A stretch of DNA of 64,000 nucleotides from Owenia fusiformis (taxonomy: Eukaryota): contig CAIIXF020000001.1 in the NCBI GenBank assembly GCA_903813345.2, positions 23,932,001 through 23,996,000 on the forward strand, read 5' to 3'. Below are positions 38,217 to 52,504 of the stretch, piece by piece (position 1 is the stretch's first letter; each line of letters begins with the position of its first letter). The position numbers and the translations under genes are program-made. The notes beneath the pieces are model-generated. The model worked only from the letters and a program-made list of their open reading frames with translations. It was not told where the DNA came from and searched no databases.

Positions 38217-38900
38217 AGGAGTGGTATCGATATGGAGAACTGAATCAACAATGTTTTTCTCTTAAACCAATCATTGAAAACATTCTGTAAAAAACACGGT
38301 ATTTTATGTAATGTTGACTGATTGACAACAATTTAATGCGAAAATTATTTAGAAATATTTTATGTAACTGTTTTTGTTACCATTTTTTGTTTTTCTAGTG
38401 CAATTGTTTTTGCTCCTTTCTACCAATTCTTGAGAATGAAAGAAAATGTCTTTCCGAACCTTGTTGGAACAAAATAGCATATACAACATGTTTTAGACCT
38501 CTCAATATTATAGTAATACAAGGGAATTTGGGGTTGATTTAAAAAAAGTATTCAAAAAATTAAAACAAAATCCCCCCAAAATAGATAAAAATCAAGATAA
38601 ACCTTTTATTTCATGAACAAGATACTTTTTTAAAATCAACCAAAATATCCTTTGTACAATTACAATATTGAGAGACCTAAACATGTTGTGTTTATGTCGT
38701 TTTGTTCCAATGAGGTTCGAAGATGTTTCATTTCACTCTGGAAACGTGATACCAAGAGCAAAACAAGTGTATACATATTTTTCAAATCATATTGTAACCA
38801 TTCAAAAGATGACCATTAATTTGACGATGTGTTAAATTTTTTTATGACTGGTTTAAGAGAAACGTGTGTTCAAAAAGTTCTCCATATCGATACCACTCCT
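38217..38900. mobile_element. About 700-bp MITE (TIR AGGAGTGGTATCGATATGGAGAAC), copy 2
   Basis: Perfect TIR ...GTTCTCCATATCGATACCACTCCT with TTAA/TTAT flanks; inverted homologue of 22761-23466. Confidence 0.85.
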
Positions 38901-41263
38901 TTATCTCACCAAATAGGATTTGGTAGGATCCTTGCAGCAAGGGTATATACTTTTTTTAATATAAGCATATATGAAGTCCTTTGAAGAAGGTTGCCATTGA
39001 TTAAACTATTTTCGTGCAATTCTTATGCAACTTTATTAATATGTTAAAACGTTGAAAAATGATCCATGAATAATGGGAAGATAAATATATAATAATAATG
39101 CAAATACAACTTTCCAGATTTGACATTTTGAATTCTACATCATCCGCTGTTGACACATCTTACATATGTCAGCTTTTGTTAGACTCCCCTTCATAAATTT
39201 GGGAACCGGGGGTTTCAATTTGATAGCACATCGAACCCTATCAATGTTTGGATCTTTTGTTCTGTTCCTGAATCGATTATAGTTATAAAGTCCATTACAT
39301 TAGTTATATTAGGATAGTTCGGAAAATCACAAATGTGATGAATTTTCAAATCGCCTGACACACACACAGGCTTTGAACTTTAGGTTGCCAGACTCATTGG
39401 GGAACGTAGCATCTCACTTGGATAAACGGTTCAAAATAGAACATTTATTATACATAAACATATTTAAAGTAACATCTTAAAGAATGAGAAGAACATCCAG
39501 TCCGTTGATACTGTCATGTTTATAGTACATATATAGTTAACCTGCACAGACGCTCAAATTACTTATCCAATACTGAATATGATATAATTGATATAAAGGT
39601 CAGCTATGGTCCGATAATTCAGGAAATTAACACATGTGGAACTAGTGACAGAATAGTGGTAATTCGTGTATACATGTATATAGTGAGCAATCTAGCTAGT
39701 AAAGCAAGCATTTGTAGATATCGATATCTAAATCGATGGTCACCCCAAAAATAAATCTGCATTGACATCAGATTGTCAATTGGAAATTTAATGAATGTGA
39801 AACATGAACATATATTGATTGGCATGTCCTTAATCACGCAAAAGGATGCCGTATCGTTAAAAAGAATACGGTAACATGTAAACATTTAACTATAAAAAGT
39901 ATCTAGATGTATTACCTTTTTATTCTTCCAAAGGTTCTATTTCTATGACAAATTAAAAACATTTTTTGAGAGAGTGGCTTAATTGATCTGAATTATCAAT
40001 TCGAATGAATTTCGAGGGAGAACGGTTCTGTCCGTCCGTATGTCCGGGCAGTAACTAAACTAACTCAATATCGTTTGTATTTTATACTTATATGCCCCAT
40101 GTGAGTACAAGTTCTTCAAGACAGCTGATTTGGAAATGGCCACCGGTTTCAAAATGACCGCTATTTTAGTGTCAATTTTACAGTATTATAGGAACAACAT
40201 ACAGTATATATAATATGTATATGTGTTAATCTATTTTTGCTATAGCTGAAAAAATATTGTAGCGATTTTATTGAAATCTTAGTATGTGAATACATATATG
40301 CATATTTCATTTCTTATGACAATTTGAGTGGTAATCGGCCATTTTTTATGTGTGTTATTTTCCGTATTTGCTAACTGAAAAAGTAATGGAGCGATTTTGT
40401 TGAAACTGTATTGGTGAAAGAATGACAAATTGGTTAAAAGGCAGCCATTTGCTGTTCTTTTGTGACATTTGTAGTGTCTGGAAGCTAAAAGAGAATCACG
40501 CCTTTTTGTAACTATTGAGTGATAGAACGGATACATTTGGAACGCAATATAGTCAGTGTTAAATTGTTTAATTATAATCGATTGACTATCAAGAAATAGT
40601 TTGTACATCACAAACTGTATTCAGAAATACAGATTTATGTGTAGTTCAAGTTTCAAAGACAGCAACTTTTGATTCATTTTACACGGATTTGGTATTTCTT
40701 GGTAAGGACATCGCCAACGTCAAGACAACCGAGTGGGATGAGGCAAATAGGCTAATTTGATAATCGTATCATACTAATTTTTTATATTTTATATCATGGA
40801 CTTTTACTTTCTATATCATGTAAACATTAGTTTGATTAGTCCACAAAGGTGTGAAATGACGCTCATGCTCCTCGTATGTAATTTTACTTATTGTTAGAGT
40901 ATTACGATTAAATAAGAGTATTCAGTACCTTTTCTTCATTGAATAATTAGATTAATAACAGGTTTAGGGTATCGTATTTGAAATACTATTATGTAATTGT
41001 TAGTCCAGAGTTATCGAGTGAAGTGCCTTGTACAAACCTATAACACTTGTAGAGTCCTTTTGAAGACACTCTGATGCAGAATATAGATTTTGTATTGAAG
41101 AATGGAACGCTGACGTCATTTAGTTCTGGCCTCGCAATTAGTGAATTGACTGAATTCTCTATTCCATCATCACCTAAAACAGAAAATCCTCAGATTCAAT
41201 GCTCATTTGTAGCACCCGGGTTAAATATCGTGTTGACAAAAGTAATGGGTAAAATGATATTTT

Positions 41264-41786
41264 CACTGGTGATCCACTCGATTACGCTGGTTACCGAAAC
41301 GATTCGTTTCGGTAACAAAATGTCGGAACATCGAAGGTACGATTTTTCTTTTTTCCTTATTTCACACGTTGTAGGCAGAATTCCCACGACATTTTTAACA
41401 CAAACGTGTATCAGTATCATATGTTTAAGAAAATGTACATATTTGCGAACAAATAGTTCAGAAGACAACAGAATCGTCGATTTAATTCCTCACTTAAGTT
41501 ACATAAACGGTTTTTCGAAAAACAGTTAAGATCTGCACTTTTAACCCAAACCGTTTATGTAACTTACGTGAGGAATTAAGTCGACGATTCGGTTGTCTTC
41601 TGAGCTATTTTTTCGCAAACATGTACATATGATGCTGATACACGTTTGTGAGAAAAAACGTCGTTGGGATTCTGCCTACAACGCGTGAAATAGGGAAAAA
41701 AGAAAAATCGTACCTTCGACGTTCCGACATGTTGTTACCAAAACGAAGCGTTTCGGTAACCAGCGTAATCGAGCGGATCACCAGTG
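41264..41786. mobile_element. Foldback MITE with CAC...GTG ends and 5-bp TSD (Transib-like)
   Basis: ATTTT|CACTGGTGATCC...GGATCACCAGTG|ATTTT; the two arms of about 245 bp are complementary over almost the whole element. Confidence 0.8.
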
Positions 41787-42821
41787 ATTTTGATAGTTAA
41801 CGATGATACGAATCATTATCGCATTGCTTGAAAAGACACGGTGGATCAGATCACAGCACCGCAGTATCAATTCCAGTAACAGATGCAATAATGTTCTCTT
41901 AACTAGCCAAAGCAAATAATGACAAGCCATAGGCGTAGTCAGGGGGACCCCTCCCCCCATAACCAATAAAAATAAGAAACATATGAGCAAGAAGAAAAGA
42001 GCTTTAAAATGCTTTTATTTGAAGCTTCTAGCTCATTGAATGAAGTTGCATCAATTTTTGTAAAATTCAAAATAAATATATTTTTTTGGCTTGTTTATGC
42101 CACAATCGCACCCCCCTGACTGAAAACCGAAATTGTTGGGGCGATCCCACCCCCAACCCCCCGACTGAAAGCTGGCTACGACCCTGCAAGCTTATATTGA
42201 ATGCTACTTAGCCGTCCGATAAAGATAAACTGTCGTATTTAGAGCCTCTTTGAGACGCAAAGACGGCTAAATTGGTGGCTAATTTGGTGTAAGAATCACA
42301 TTGGCCTTTACAAGTTTTCTTTCCTTTCCTTGTAATTATCTTTAACAGACAATATTATTGCAAAAAATTCCCTTTAGGGTGACTCAATTGGGTTTAATTA
42401 GAATTTACTGTCTCTGTTTCGTTATCTTGTTGTCGTTGTTGTCGATAAGTACCCAAAATATCAGCCGTATATGTTACACCTCAATAGACTGTACCTCAAA
42501 AGTGAGTGATTTCCTGAAGGAAATATATGGTTCATTAAAATAAATTGACAGTGTACACCAAGGAATGTAACAGACAATTATATGTTGCCCTTTGATAGTA
42601 AATAAGTGACCGGATATGTCAATCATTCTTAAAGTACATAAAACAGCCTCATATTACCCTACGCGCAGTCTAGTAAACGAAGCTCTCCATTAAGAAACGA
42701 AATCGAAAGAATGCAAATGGTAGCCTCATAGAAATCTTTGGATGGTCTCTTTATTTTCTTTTGTTAGAGGGGAGGCAGTTGGGGCCGCATCCGGGGGGTC
42801 GCAAAATTTGGTAGATAAGTA

Positions 42822-43452
42822 CAGGGTGGGCAAAAAACGACCACATTTTTTATTTCAATAACTTTTTGAAAATGCATGGATTTCCATTAGGTTTGGGTAA
42901 GATATGCAGATACCAATTGTCCCTGAAGTTGGATAAATAAATCTCTAGGTTTTTTAATAGTAAAGGTAAACAGAGACTATGGGTCTATTTGAGAAATTAC
43001 AGATTTCTGAATGTTATTCGAGGCAACGCGTTTACACTGATACTAGCCATGCCTCAAATCAAAGTACCAGATTGACATATTATTCAGTCTGTCAGAAAAA
43101 CACATTTAGGAGTTTATTCTAATTTCTAATTTCCAGACAAATAAATGAATTTTAGAGGCATCTATCATAAGACAAATGCGTAAGATGAAGAAAAACTGAT
43201 TTAGCATAAAGAGAAAACGATGATTTTTGGAAAATCTGTAAGAGCCTTTAATTATCCTTTAATTTGTCAAATATACCCCTAGTGTTTGTTTACCTTCGTA
43301 AAATCAAAAACCCCTAGAGATTTGTTAATCCAATTTTAGGAACATTTGTATAGTTCATTTCTGCATAATTCTGTCGAAATTTTGTTGGAAATCCATGTAT
43401 TTTCAATAAAGTTGTATCGAAATAAAAATGTGGATGTTTTTGGCCCAGCCTG
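42822..43452. mobile_element. Tc1/mariner-type MITE, same family as 37258-37886
   Basis: TA|CAGGGTGGGCAAAAAACG...GTTTTTGGCCCAGCCTG|TA. Confidence 0.8.
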
Positions 43453-45983
43453 TAACAAAGACGTTAGAAGTGTATAATGCCAAATGTTTAAATAATAGGA
43501 TAGTTTCTAAATAGCAGAAAATCTAGTGCTGCCATCTTTTATTCAGCTTTTAATTTGGGCTAGAGTTCCATTCACTTACATGCTAAAATCTTGGAAAAGT
43601 GGCTTAATTTCATGGTTTATCAAAGAGTGTTCGTTGAATCTGTATAAAACTTGAATGATATACCACACGATGACCCTATTTATATACAAGTTGTGATTAA
43701 ACATGCAAATGTTGGTTGACATACAAATAATCCAAGGTTTTAAAGAATTTTAGCATTACATCTATGGAGATTTAGCCCACGTTTTTTTAAATTGTCATAG
43801 AAAATTATTCAAATTACATAACTGTGTAGATCAAAACTATTATAGGAGAAAACATTTCAAGTGAAATTGAATATAATTTCAGCTGAATTCAAATATGCCA
43901 TTTAAAAGAATGTAATGTAAGTCATTAGAGGTTTAATATGCAAATCTCTTCAAATCTCACGAAAACCGAGATTTAGCGAGATTGGAAACTATACTATTCA
44001 GTAAAACAATATGTATCACTTAATTAAAACAAATGTTGGCAAAATCAAATAATCTTAAGCACTGTTAGGAAAATTAAATTAATTTTTTTACTCGATTTCA
44101 ATCATACGAGAACCAAATAGGGTTCAGATATACCCACGTATCATTTCAAAGAAATCAAGGGTCTTTTGAAACTTATTGATGCGATCAAAAATGCCATTCA
44201 GATGTAATGATGAGGAATGTTTGATACACTACGGAACTACGTCGGAACAATGACTAGTGGTTTGGTAATTTCCTTCGAGCCAATTGAAAATCTTGCAGAC
44301 GATATTGATGGCATGCTTTCGCTCTCAAATGTAAATCATAGGTATTGTATACATATAAATACTTCTCATACGTTTAATGATTCCTTGTATAGTCTGTTCC
44401 ATCTTTTTGTATGATATCTGATCAGGAATGGGATGATAGGCAAGACACAAAAGACGTAAGGGCAGCATTGGAATTGTGGACCGGTTATTTATGGAAGGTT
44501 TCTCTGACTTGAGTACCTTTTGAAGTTACTTACAAATGTTTAAAGGTAGAATGTGTGAGCACTTTGCACTTATCGACTAGCTCTGTCGCCACAACAGCGC
44601 AAAGTTTATGGTTTGGTAACATCGGAAAGAAGTCAGTTCCTGTATTTATGATCGTTGCTTAATGGACTCGTTCCAATGTCTGGTCCCATGTTTCTATTGT
44701 CAATATCGTGTGGAGAAATCCATTTACTCCAAAGCAACAGAACCAGGTGTACATTCCAAATGTCAACATTTCAAGTTAACTCATGACATTTGTTACCCAA
44801 TCTAATTAATGGTTTCATTTCGAGGAAATATAGAAAAACATATGCATATGATATCAATACTTCACTTAACCCTTGGGCTCAGGGTGGTTAATTGCTGGTG
44901 TCCACGTGTACGACGCTCGCATGGTCGTAATATGGTGTAATACGATAATACAATGCAAAAGCTTGTCTATAAATCGGAAGTTGATACCGTTACTTTTTAA
45001 TGAGTGTTTGGATAATTATTTTTGCGAAAACATGGCCTTTTGGGTATTAACTGATGCATAAAATAATAGATCTAAGGTAGAATTTGAATCGTATTATAAA
45101 AAACAACATTGATGCCATGGAATTCTAATGTAATTTTTTTATGTTTGTTTTGCGGAATTAAATACAATGACAGTCAATTATCAAATAATATTGTTTGATA
45201 TTGACAACGATATCTTTGGTATTCAATAAAGCAAAAATATTGAATGGGGGATGATTTCAAATGACACCATTTAGTTAGCATTCAAAAAAGCTTGAAAATG
45301 TCCACACTGATCTTTCAATGCAAAATCATTTCCGTTTGTGTAGGTATGGAATGCCTCTTCCAATGGATATAGACAGATAGTGCTCTAAAACTCAGATGCT
45401 AGCTAGTGGTAAATCTTTTTAAAAGACTCATCAAAATGTGGGTAAATAGAGCCAACGTCTTAGAAATTCCTTTCTTTCAAGTGAACCTCACGTTGGGTTG
45501 ATTTTTTAATCATTAAAATATCTGATTCACAATCTAGTTTAGTTATGATATCCAAATCAATCGGAATTGTAATTTGTAGAAGTTTATTAAAAACACGGAA
45601 CACTTGAAATTACTTCCCGTAAGAAGATATGATATTATGGTTGTGGTTTGACGTTCTAAGCGTCATAAAATTGGTTCTTAATGGTTTATACACAAGGTTC
45701 AGGGATATAAAAAGGTATGTGACAAATAAACTTGATACAAAGGTCCGACAATAGTAATAGAACCTCCAATATATAAAGGACCCGGTTTCATAGCAATCTC
45801 TAATTTCCGTCATCAGACTTTGATACAAAATATGATTTTGTAAAAAGAAAAGTAAAACAATAAAAACTTGGGATCAGAGTTAACATTTGTTATATTCCTT
45901 TGAGCCTGTTTTTAAAATATGAAAAAAAACTAAATCTATTATTATGTATCGTTTCGAAGGTCGGAGTTTCCATGGTAACTCAC

Positions 45984-46116
45984 CTGAAGTTATATGTGAC
46001 ATCCACTCCAGTGGTATAATCCCCGACCTTTTTCCGAATCTCCCTTGTGGAGTCCACTGTCCTAACACCATTGACAGAGCCAACAGAATCACTGCAACCG
46101 TTAGCTCCAATCGCAT
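45984..46116 (-). CDS. Luqin-type (luqin/RYamide family) neuropeptide precursor, first coding exon
   Basis: Signal peptide MRLELTVAVILLALSMVLG directly followed by QWTPQGRF-G-KR (amidation glycine plus dibasic site), close to the luqin motif WRPQGRFamide; strong donor CAG|GTGAGT at 45984/45983. Confidence 0.85.
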
Positions 46117-47475
46117 CCTTCTCGGCGCACTGCTATATCCAGTATTCCAACTTTACCTCGCTCTCAATGCAATAGTCCAATTGATGTCGCTACCTCAGAA
46201 GCTCTATGTCTATTATAAAGTCTCACACCCACCATACATCGTTTAAGATCGTAACACCAGGCGTAATACAAACGCACAGTATGCGGAATTAACGTTTAAT
46301 TGTAAAAATTAATAAATCAGATTGGATTGAGTGGAGTGTATGTGTGTCCATTGGCTAATTGCAGCGCTAAATCAATCAAAACTAACGAACGCAGCTATGA
46401 AATCATAATCAAATAGACATGACGAGTTCCGAGGGTGAACTGTCATTTGCGGGGGAAATGTTGCAACTGTGGTGTGGAAATGGACGGTAATGTGACACTG
46501 GGCTCATATGAAAACATCATGCCTTGCTACAACATTGCCTTTGATGTTGGAAACATATGTCAGAAACAGGAAACTGGATTAACATATGTAGACAGTATCT
46601 AATACCAGATATATTTATGTTAAAGCACTTAGATATTGTTTGCCATTCATTTAATTACTAGATATTCATGAAAAAATCTTCAAAAGATCTAAGCATATGT
46701 AGATATCATACATTTACATGATTTACTGCGATGTTTCTCAACTCAACCCTAGAAATACACAGTTACACCTGACTTCTGAAGTATTTATGATTTTAATCCC
46801 GTTAGATTTAATTTCCTTTTTACCTAGCCTCAACTTCCGTATTTATTCTTCACTGATCATGATTTTACTGCCGTGGGCGTCTCTCCCGATTCATAAATTA
46901 TTATTGCTCATCAAAATCATGTCAAAAACTACAACTTATTATCCTCATTAAGACACGTTAGGATAATAACCTCCCGCTGAATCGAACCTATTCCGCAAAA
47001 GAATACAAATGCAATACAAACGTGTGTGAAATAAGGCATTCCTTAAATGGATAAAGAAAGTTATACATGTTGGAAGAATTTTTTCAACTTTCAACATAAT
47101 GTAAATATTTTCCTCAAAATCCATCATTTATTTTTGAAAAAATGGTTGCTCAATCTGCTTTAATTATAGGGATGTCCCATTTTCAAAACCATCACCAGAT
47201 AATCTTAAAATCAAAAGGTTATCCTGAAATAATTCAAAACTGTTTCCCACAAAGTCATGACATGAAATGATGACAAAAAATTAAAAATCTGTGACGACTT
47301 TTCGAAACTTACTCTAAACTTGTCTCTTATCGTTTCTTCTCCTTTTAATTTATAATCTTTGACTTGCTAATGTGGACATCATTGCAAAAACTGTAAGACT
47401 TTTGATCAAACATTATTGTTCAAAGCTATCGGGTTACAATGGAGACCTATTTGAAAAACATTGGAAAACAAGATA

Positions 47476-47708
47476 CAGGGTAACCAAAATAGTTCAACCC
47501 ATCAAATAGTTTTGTGGATATTTGACCTGTATGTCTCAAATCTCGAGTTGTGAAAGCTCAGTTTTTTATGAGAGATATGTCTGAAATATCAGAGCTTTTT
47601 TGTGAGGGATGTTGTTAAAGTACATACGATAAATCCCATATATTGAAGGATATTATTGGTAAATTGTTATAAGTAATTATTTGGTGGGTTGGACTTTCCT
47701 ATACCTTG
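47476..47708. mobile_element. Old small Tc1/mariner-type MITE
   Basis: TACAGGGTAACC..TCAACCCATCAAATA and imperfect inverse TATTTGGTGGGTTGGA..TACCTTGTA. Confidence 0.5.
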
Positions 47709-48079
47709 TACGTTTCTTTTTTTGCCGACGACGCTCCCCGAAGTCAAATTGATCATTGTTCTTCCATAGAACAATTAATGTTTGTAATGATAAATAGATA
47801 TATAATGACTAATCTCATACACTCCAGATGATACCTCAATAGTGTGGTGCGGCCTAGCACCAATACGCGTTGAGACGGGAAGATTCGAGTGCCTAGCAGT
47901 TGATGATAGACTAATCACAATGTAATAGAGGATGAGAAACATGTAATGTTACACTATGAGGTCTACCATGACATACGACAGCAACGTTAACGCAAAATTT
48001 TATAATTAATCAAGGTACCAACCTTAATCCAATACTATTAATATGTTTGCCTGGAGTTTAGTTTATTTGTTAACACATA

Positions 48080-48891
48080 CAGGGTGAGCACAAAAAGGTA
48101 ACTCAAATAAATGTATGTTAATAACTTAGTCAATCAGCACTGGTTTGAAATTATAACGTGCACTATTATACCTTGTTCAATGTTCTTTCTATTGAGTTTC
48201 GTCGGACTTTTCTCAAATGGTCACGATTTTATGGTCATTTACAAAATATGCCCCAAATACAGAAACATGCCACACTCACTGAACATTAATCCCTCAAATT
48301 TTATCTGTGGTGCTAATGTCTGTACTTTAAACCCTTGAAACAATAGTTAAGAATGAAGGTGAGACTCATATAACACAAGATGTCTGTGCTCCTACTCCCG
48401 ACACGTTCATAAATTTCAAAACTAGGTCACTTGACTTCAACTACTCATCGTGATCTAAATGCACTATCTTACCCTGTTAAAACATGATGTAAGTTATCCT
48501 AACATATTTATGCAAATGAAATCCTATCAATATCCTAGGTTTGGACTTTTAAAGTCCCCATTTGAAGATAACTTAACCAGCAATATTAAATCAATCTTCT
48601 TCCATGTTTTTAAGTACACTGTATGTCTCTCCCAAAACCAACCGCTTTTTGTAAAACCTGCCCTGATTGGCTAATATAAAGGGGTCATCAAACTATTCTG
48701 GAACCAAATTCAAATGTTATGATAATTTCAAATGAGCTTTAAAACCTTACAATAAATTGAAATACTAGATATAGTATTTACATTAACATATGTGTGAAAT
48801 AATTATATCTGGGCATAAAATATGAAAAGTAACAACCCAGGGTTGTTACATTATTAACATTTCGTTGGATTACCTTTTTTGGCTTACCCTG
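48080..48891. mobile_element. Tc1/mariner-type non-autonomous element
   Basis: TA|CAGGGTGAGCACAAAAAGGTAA...TTACCTTTTTTGGCTTACCCTG|TA. Confidence 0.7.
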
Positions 48892-48914
48892 TATTAGCTT
48901 CATTGTCGTTAAAA

Positions 48915-49414
48915 NNNNNNNNNNNNNNNNNNNNNNNNNNNNNNNNNNNNNNNNNNNNNNNNNNNNNNNNNNNNNNNNNNNNNNNNNNNNNNNNNNNNNN
49001 NNNNNNNNNNNNNNNNNNNNNNNNNNNNNNNNNNNNNNNNNNNNNNNNNNNNNNNNNNNNNNNNNNNNNNNNNNNNNNNNNNNNNNNNNNNNNNNNNNNN
49101 NNNNNNNNNNNNNNNNNNNNNNNNNNNNNNNNNNNNNNNNNNNNNNNNNNNNNNNNNNNNNNNNNNNNNNNNNNNNNNNNNNNNNNNNNNNNNNNNNNNN
49201 NNNNNNNNNNNNNNNNNNNNNNNNNNNNNNNNNNNNNNNNNNNNNNNNNNNNNNNNNNNNNNNNNNNNNNNNNNNNNNNNNNNNNNNNNNNNNNNNNNNN
49301 NNNNNNNNNNNNNNNNNNNNNNNNNNNNNNNNNNNNNNNNNNNNNNNNNNNNNNNNNNNNNNNNNNNNNNNNNNNNNNNNNNNNNNNNNNNNNNNNNNNN
49401 NNNNNNNNNNNNNN
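48915..49414. other. Assembly gap (500 N)
   Basis: Run of exactly 500 N. Confidence 1.
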
Positions 49415-51414
49415 AACAAAAGGTTACAGCAAGATATCCCCAATAATACCAAATACAAGAATTAATCAATCAATTGATTAAAAAAATCAATGCTCAAAAT
49501 TAGCCACGTGGTGGCGAACGGTGAACCCATATGGCTAGTGCGACAGCTTAATTCTTTAGAGAATAGCCTATCCCTGAATAAATATTAAAAAACTAAATAT
49601 TAGATTATCATGGCATACGTAGCCCCCCTTCCTAGAAAGGTAAGATAATTCTATAGATCCCTGTTTTAGGAATTGTATTTAAAGCCCTTTGAACTTTTGT
49701 TATTTTACCACCAGAAGTGGTGACATATATACTTATTGTTATCACATCCGATCACAGGGCTTCAAAATCTAGAATATTTCTTTCTTTTTACTCCAGGGGG
49801 GAAGAAGGAGGTACGGATTCTGGACACCTGCTTAGGAGGATGTATTGTTATGGTTTCCAACCTTTTTGTGGACGGAAGTTGGTGTTCGGTGTCTGGCGTC
49901 CGTTGGTCGGCTTCTGTAACAGATTCTTATGGCGTCTGTAACAAATTCTTACAACTTCCAATAATTTAACAAGTACTGTTAAGACTGACTCAAAATTTTT
50001 ACTGTCAACATATATAATATGTTATGAGTTCCAACGTTCTGCCCATACCTGTTACCATGGCAACAAATAAGTTAAGTTCAATTGGCCATTTTTTTCGAAA
50101 TCATGTTCTCAAAAGTTCAACTCCGACTTTACATTGAAGATTTGTCCTTTAGTTGACCTTCAATGACCTTCGAAAGGTCAAAAAATGATTTCTTCGATCC
50201 AAATTTAAGTCAGCTTATTCACAAAATACCTAGTGTAACGCTTTCAAGGTCAGAGGTAAAGGTTATCAAACTATATCACAGGCAATGTTGGCAACTTATT
50301 GAAGGTCAAAAAAGGTATTTTTCAACTTGTTTCAAAATGACAATTTCTTTTAAGAATCATCTCGAAGTGCTCATAAGTTCAAATCTGATCTTCTTTTTGT
50401 TGTTGACAGTCAGGGACAACATCGATCAACTGTAACACGTTTGTAACCATTTGCAGGTGGTGAAATTTTGTATGCATTTAAGCCTCAGTCACATTTGATC
50501 TACGGCAACCATACGGTGGCCATAGCTTCCCCAAATCGAGAGAAATATACAGCATAATATATTTAGCAGTACGATGTAGATTTTCTATATTGATTTTGGG
50601 GACATACACCATTGACCAATGACTTAGCATGGGGATACCATCATGTATATCACGGTATGGTATGGTATGGTAAAATGTGTAGGTCTTCTGGGATTTTTTT
50701 TGAATCGATATTCTTCTAACATTTGAGATCTATCAAAAATGCAACGCCACCCCGGGAACGCAACCAACGTGCAAAGTCAATGTTTTTGCTATAAATCAAG
50801 CAATGGTGATCTACACGACCTGTAATAGATACTTGTAAGTGACGTTATCATCGCAAAATTAATGTCATTTTATGTTCCGCTACAATCGTTTAACGTTATT
50901 TTGATCTCGCTCGAAATAAAATAAAAAATAACAATTTAGAAAAACGATTTAAGTCAATCGCAGTAACTCAGATTTCGATTTTCGTTCGGATTCATGAGGA
51001 AAGTTTCTCATCGTTTCGATAACCAACACACGTTCATGTTAACGTTGAACTACTTTTCGAACACCCATAACCATTATCAGTTATAGAAAAACAGTGGCAC
51101 ACTTGTGCCAAATTATGAGGGCTCTCTCTTAACTAGATTATTACAAAAACTCAAGTTCAACACATTTCAATGACAAAAATAATTGAAAATCTACATAACA
51201 TAAGTTTGACCAAGTTAAATCGTTTGACCTCATTTCCATACAACTCTTTGCTGTCGGTGGCTGATCGATTAATGCTTTACCGCCGATGAAACCTTACTCA
51301 AGAAAGTACATTTTCACCAAAATAAGTTGATCGCCCTGTTGATCGTGATTAAAGCCAAGCCATCTTTAAACTCACCATGCAAACAGATCGCATAACATTA
51401 CAATCGCATGATGC

Positions 51415-51914
51415 NNNNNNNNNNNNNNNNNNNNNNNNNNNNNNNNNNNNNNNNNNNNNNNNNNNNNNNNNNNNNNNNNNNNNNNNNNNNNNNNNNNNNN
51501 NNNNNNNNNNNNNNNNNNNNNNNNNNNNNNNNNNNNNNNNNNNNNNNNNNNNNNNNNNNNNNNNNNNNNNNNNNNNNNNNNNNNNNNNNNNNNNNNNNNN
51601 NNNNNNNNNNNNNNNNNNNNNNNNNNNNNNNNNNNNNNNNNNNNNNNNNNNNNNNNNNNNNNNNNNNNNNNNNNNNNNNNNNNNNNNNNNNNNNNNNNNN
51701 NNNNNNNNNNNNNNNNNNNNNNNNNNNNNNNNNNNNNNNNNNNNNNNNNNNNNNNNNNNNNNNNNNNNNNNNNNNNNNNNNNNNNNNNNNNNNNNNNNNN
51801 NNNNNNNNNNNNNNNNNNNNNNNNNNNNNNNNNNNNNNNNNNNNNNNNNNNNNNNNNNNNNNNNNNNNNNNNNNNNNNNNNNNNNNNNNNNNNNNNNNNN
51901 NNNNNNNNNNNNNN
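51415..51914. other. Assembly gap (500 N)
   Basis: Run of exactly 500 N. Confidence 1.
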
Positions 51915-52097
51915 TTTTGCTACACTAAAGTAAGGATATATTGGTTTTGTTCATGATGCAATTGGGTTGTAGGTAGCAATGGTTACAAGGACATTTCTAA
52001 GTTAGAAGGTTAGCAAAAAGTAACCACACAGAGGTCAACACATTCTATGACATTCTATCCAGATTTGCATTGGTGGCAATAGATGGCAGGGTGCAAT

Positions 52098-52251
52098 CAC
52101 TAGGAAGGGCATTTTTACTGAAAGGAGAGTTTTCAGTATATTTTTGTACTGAAAATGTACTGACTTTTTTTAAGTACAAAATTCAGTATATTTATATACT
52201 GAAAAATATACTTTTCCAGTATAAAATGCAGTCATATGCCCTCCCCTAGTG
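52098..52251. mobile_element. Small CACTA (EnSpm)-type MITE
   Basis: AAT|CACTAGGAAGGGCAT...ATGCCCTCCCCTAGTG|AAT with internal TACTGAAAA/TTCAGTA repeats. Confidence 0.75.
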
Positions 52252-52504
52252 AATGGCAAAGTCTATTTTGAAACCAAGTTGAAAGGTCCAACTGAAAATG
52301 AATGGATGGGACTGAAATGTAAAATCTTAACATTGATCTTGCTTAATAATTTAAATGTTTATCATACATAAACTTAGTTGGGGAAACACTGGCTTAAAGG
52401 TCCAGTGAGCCATTGTCCCATGTTAAAGTGCCAGGTGGTAACAATTCCCAAAGAGGCCTTCACAATTCATTATTATGTGTAACCTAGCAACTGATTCTTC
52501 ATAC

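Noticed and set aside
39145-39268. Possible minus-strand exon (NRTKDPNIDRVRC...ICKMCQQRMM)
   Set aside because: Short, weak acceptor, and no family resemblance or reliable partner exon.
41074-41529. 151-aa ORF
   Set aside because: Runs through the foldback element and has no domain features.
48778-51956. Long ORFs of 180-226 aa spanning X runs
   Set aside because: Artefacts of N gaps.
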